Virus record (IMG/VR): IMGVR_UViG_2654587568_000017
DNA: 16,265 bases
Source: a virus
Lineage: Duplodnaviria; Heunggongvirae; Uroviricota; Caudoviricetes
Reading direction: 5' to 3' (one strand)
This document shows positions 14,892 through 16,265 of this stretch, piece after piece. Every line of letters begins with the position of its first letter. The stretch's first letter is position 1. The notes under the pieces are model-generated. The model was given only the letters and a program-made list of their open reading frames with translations. It had not been told where the DNA came from and ran no database searches. The position numbers and the translations under genes are program-made.

Positions 14892-16265
14892 ATGGTACTT
14901 TCTGATTGTTATTCATGGGCTAACGAGCAGTTTGGACATGCCCGTCTCGGTGATCCGCGTCGTACACGACGCCTTGTGTCACTGGCCTCTTCTCTCGCTC
15001 AGCATGCAGGTCTTTCTATTGTGAAATCATCCCAGTCCACTGCTCAGGTTGAAGGTGCGTACCGCCTGATACGTAACCCGTCTGTGTCCCCGCAAGCCAT
15101 TGCCGAAGCCGGATTTACCGCCACTGTAAGGGCATGTGAGGCTCATCCGCTGCTCCTCGCGCTGGAAGACACCACCACCATTAACTTCAGTCACAGTACG
15201 GCATCTGATGACCTGGGGAATACCACCACTAACCCGAAGACGCGCGGGCTGCTGGCTCACTCTGTCCTGATGTACGCCCCCGACAGCGCCCTGCCAGTCG
15301 GTCTTATCGAACAGCAGCGCTGGAGTCGTGCCACGGACACCTACGGTGTTAAGCACCAGCGAAAAGAACGTCCCTATGAAGAAAAAGAAAGTTACCGCTG
15401 GCAGCAGGCTTCGGAGCGCATGGCCGAACGGCTGGGGGAGATACAGAAACGGGTAATCACTGTCTGTGACCGGGAAGCGGATATCTGGCATTACCTGCAT
15501 TATAAAGTCAGCCACGGGCAGCGCTTCGTGGTGCGTGCAGCACAGAATCGCCGGCTGGAAGAAGCACCCGGCAAGCTCTTCGAACTGCCGGAAGTCCTGG
15601 CAACCGCGGGAAGCCACACGCTGAATGTGATGCAAAAAGGCGGGCGGGCAGCCCGCCAGGCCCGGATGTTCATCAGTTACAGCGAAGTCAGCATAAAAAA
15701 TCCCGACAACAGCGGCCAGGCGCTCCCGCTCACGTATGTCTGTTGCCGGGAGCAGGCAGAGGACGGCGCCTGCTGGCATCTGCTGACGTCAGAAAAAGTG
15801 GCGAGTGCCGCCGATGCGCGACGTATCGTCAGCCATTACGAGCGACGCTGGCTGATAGAGGAATACCACAAGGCGTGGAAAAGTGGTGGTACATGTGTGG
15901 AATCGCTGCGAATGCAGACCCGGGATAACCTCGAGCGCATGGTGGTTATCAAGGCGTTTATCGCGGTGCGGGTGCTGGGCCTGCGGCAGGGCGGTATCAG
16001 TGAAGAAACACAAAATGACAGCTGTGAGAAAATACTGACGCCGACAGAGTGGAAACTGCTGTGGGTTAAGCTGGAAGGAAAACCGCTTCCGTCACAGATG
16101 CCGACACTGAAATGGGCCTGTCTGAAACTGGCGAAACTGGGGCGATGGCATGACAGCAAACGCACCGGTCGCCCCGGTTGGGTAGTCATGTGGGATGGCT
16201 GGTTCAGACTTCAGGATATGGTTGAGGGTTACCTGGTGATGAAGTCTCTTGATCAGGAGATCTGA
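14892..16265 (+). CDS. tnp: Transposase, IS4 family, IS50/Tn5-like (457 aa)
   Basis: Collinear similarity to Tn5 transposase as I recall it: GDPRRTRRLV, VITVCDREADIWHYL, RFVVRAAQNRR, YERRWLIEEYHKAWKSG, NLERMVVIKAFIAVRVLGLR, GRWHDSKRTGRPGW. Confidence 0.9.
   Translation: MVLSDCYSWANEQFGHARLGDPRRTRRLVSLASSLAQHAGLSIVKSSQSTAQVEGAYRLIRNPSVSPQAIAEAGFTATVRACEAHPLLLALEDTTTINFSHSTASDDLGNTTTNPKTRGLLAHSVLMYAPDSALPVGLIEQQRWSRATDTYGVKHQRKERPYEEKESYRWQQASERMAERLGEIQKRVITVCDREADIWHYLHYKVSHGQRFVVRAAQNRRLEEAPGKLFELPEVLATAGSHTLNVMQKGGRAARQARMFISYSEVSIKNPDNSGQALPLTYVCCREQAEDGACWHLLTSEKVASAADARRIVSHYERRWLIEEYHKAWKSGGTCVESLRMQTRDNLERMVVIKAFIAVRVLGLRQGGISEETQNDSCEKILTPTEWKLLWVKLEGKPLPSQMPTLKWACLKLAKLGRWHDSKRTGRPGWVVMWDGWFRLQDMVEGYLVMKSLDQEI

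Larger units (their letters stand above)
14727..16265 (+). mobile_element. IS50-like (IS4-family) insertion sequence, right end beyond the window
   Basis: Left terminus CTGTCTCTTATACACAAAT (14727-14745) matches the Tn5/IS50 outside end at 17 of 19 positions. Encodes a Tn5-type transposase. The window ends at the transposase stop, so the right inverted repeat is not visible. Confidence 0.8.

Noticed and set aside
15027-15779. 250-aa minus-strand ORF inside the transposase gene
   Set aside because: Entirely antisense to a well-supported transposase CDS with no independent start signal; typical shadow ORF in GC-rich coding sequence.
1-16265. CRISPR arrays, rRNA or tRNA genes
   Set aside because: No regularly spaced direct repeats with unique spacers and no rRNA/tRNA-like sequences were seen on either strand.

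Overview
This window is the left and central part of an integrated lambdoid prophage, probably from an enterobacterial host, with an IS50-like insertion sequence running off its right edge. All calls come from reading the sequence and the ORF track; no database search was run, so family names are recalled motifs, not hits. Several ORF-track starts are TTG/GTG read-through artefacts and I re-set them to the nearest ATG/GTG with a Shine-Dalgarno sequence. Layout: (1) integrase and excisionase-like gene on the minus strand (75-1649). (2) A leftward early operon of tightly coupled small genes (1668-6171), including an Ea22-like protein, a PD-(D/E)xK nuclease-like protein and several unknowns. (3) A separate two-gene module (6366-7408) in the position lambda uses for rexAB/N, with its own consensus promoter. 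(4) A CI-type repressor (7555-8244) with intrinsic terminator and a divergent operator region. (5) A rightward operon: Cro-like protein, two Rha-family regulators separated by a structured ~400 bp non-coding region, three small genes, then a replication module (initiator with internal iteron-like repeats, DnaC-like loader, DnaB-like helicase). (6) The IS element from 14727 to the window end. No rRNA, tRNA or CRISPR array was seen. I could not recognise an N-like antiterminator or exo/bet/gam or recET-type recombination genes in the left operon. The best candidates for an undescribed system are the two-gene module at 6366-7408 and the nuclease-like gene pair at 2133-3403; neither function can be established from sequence alone.
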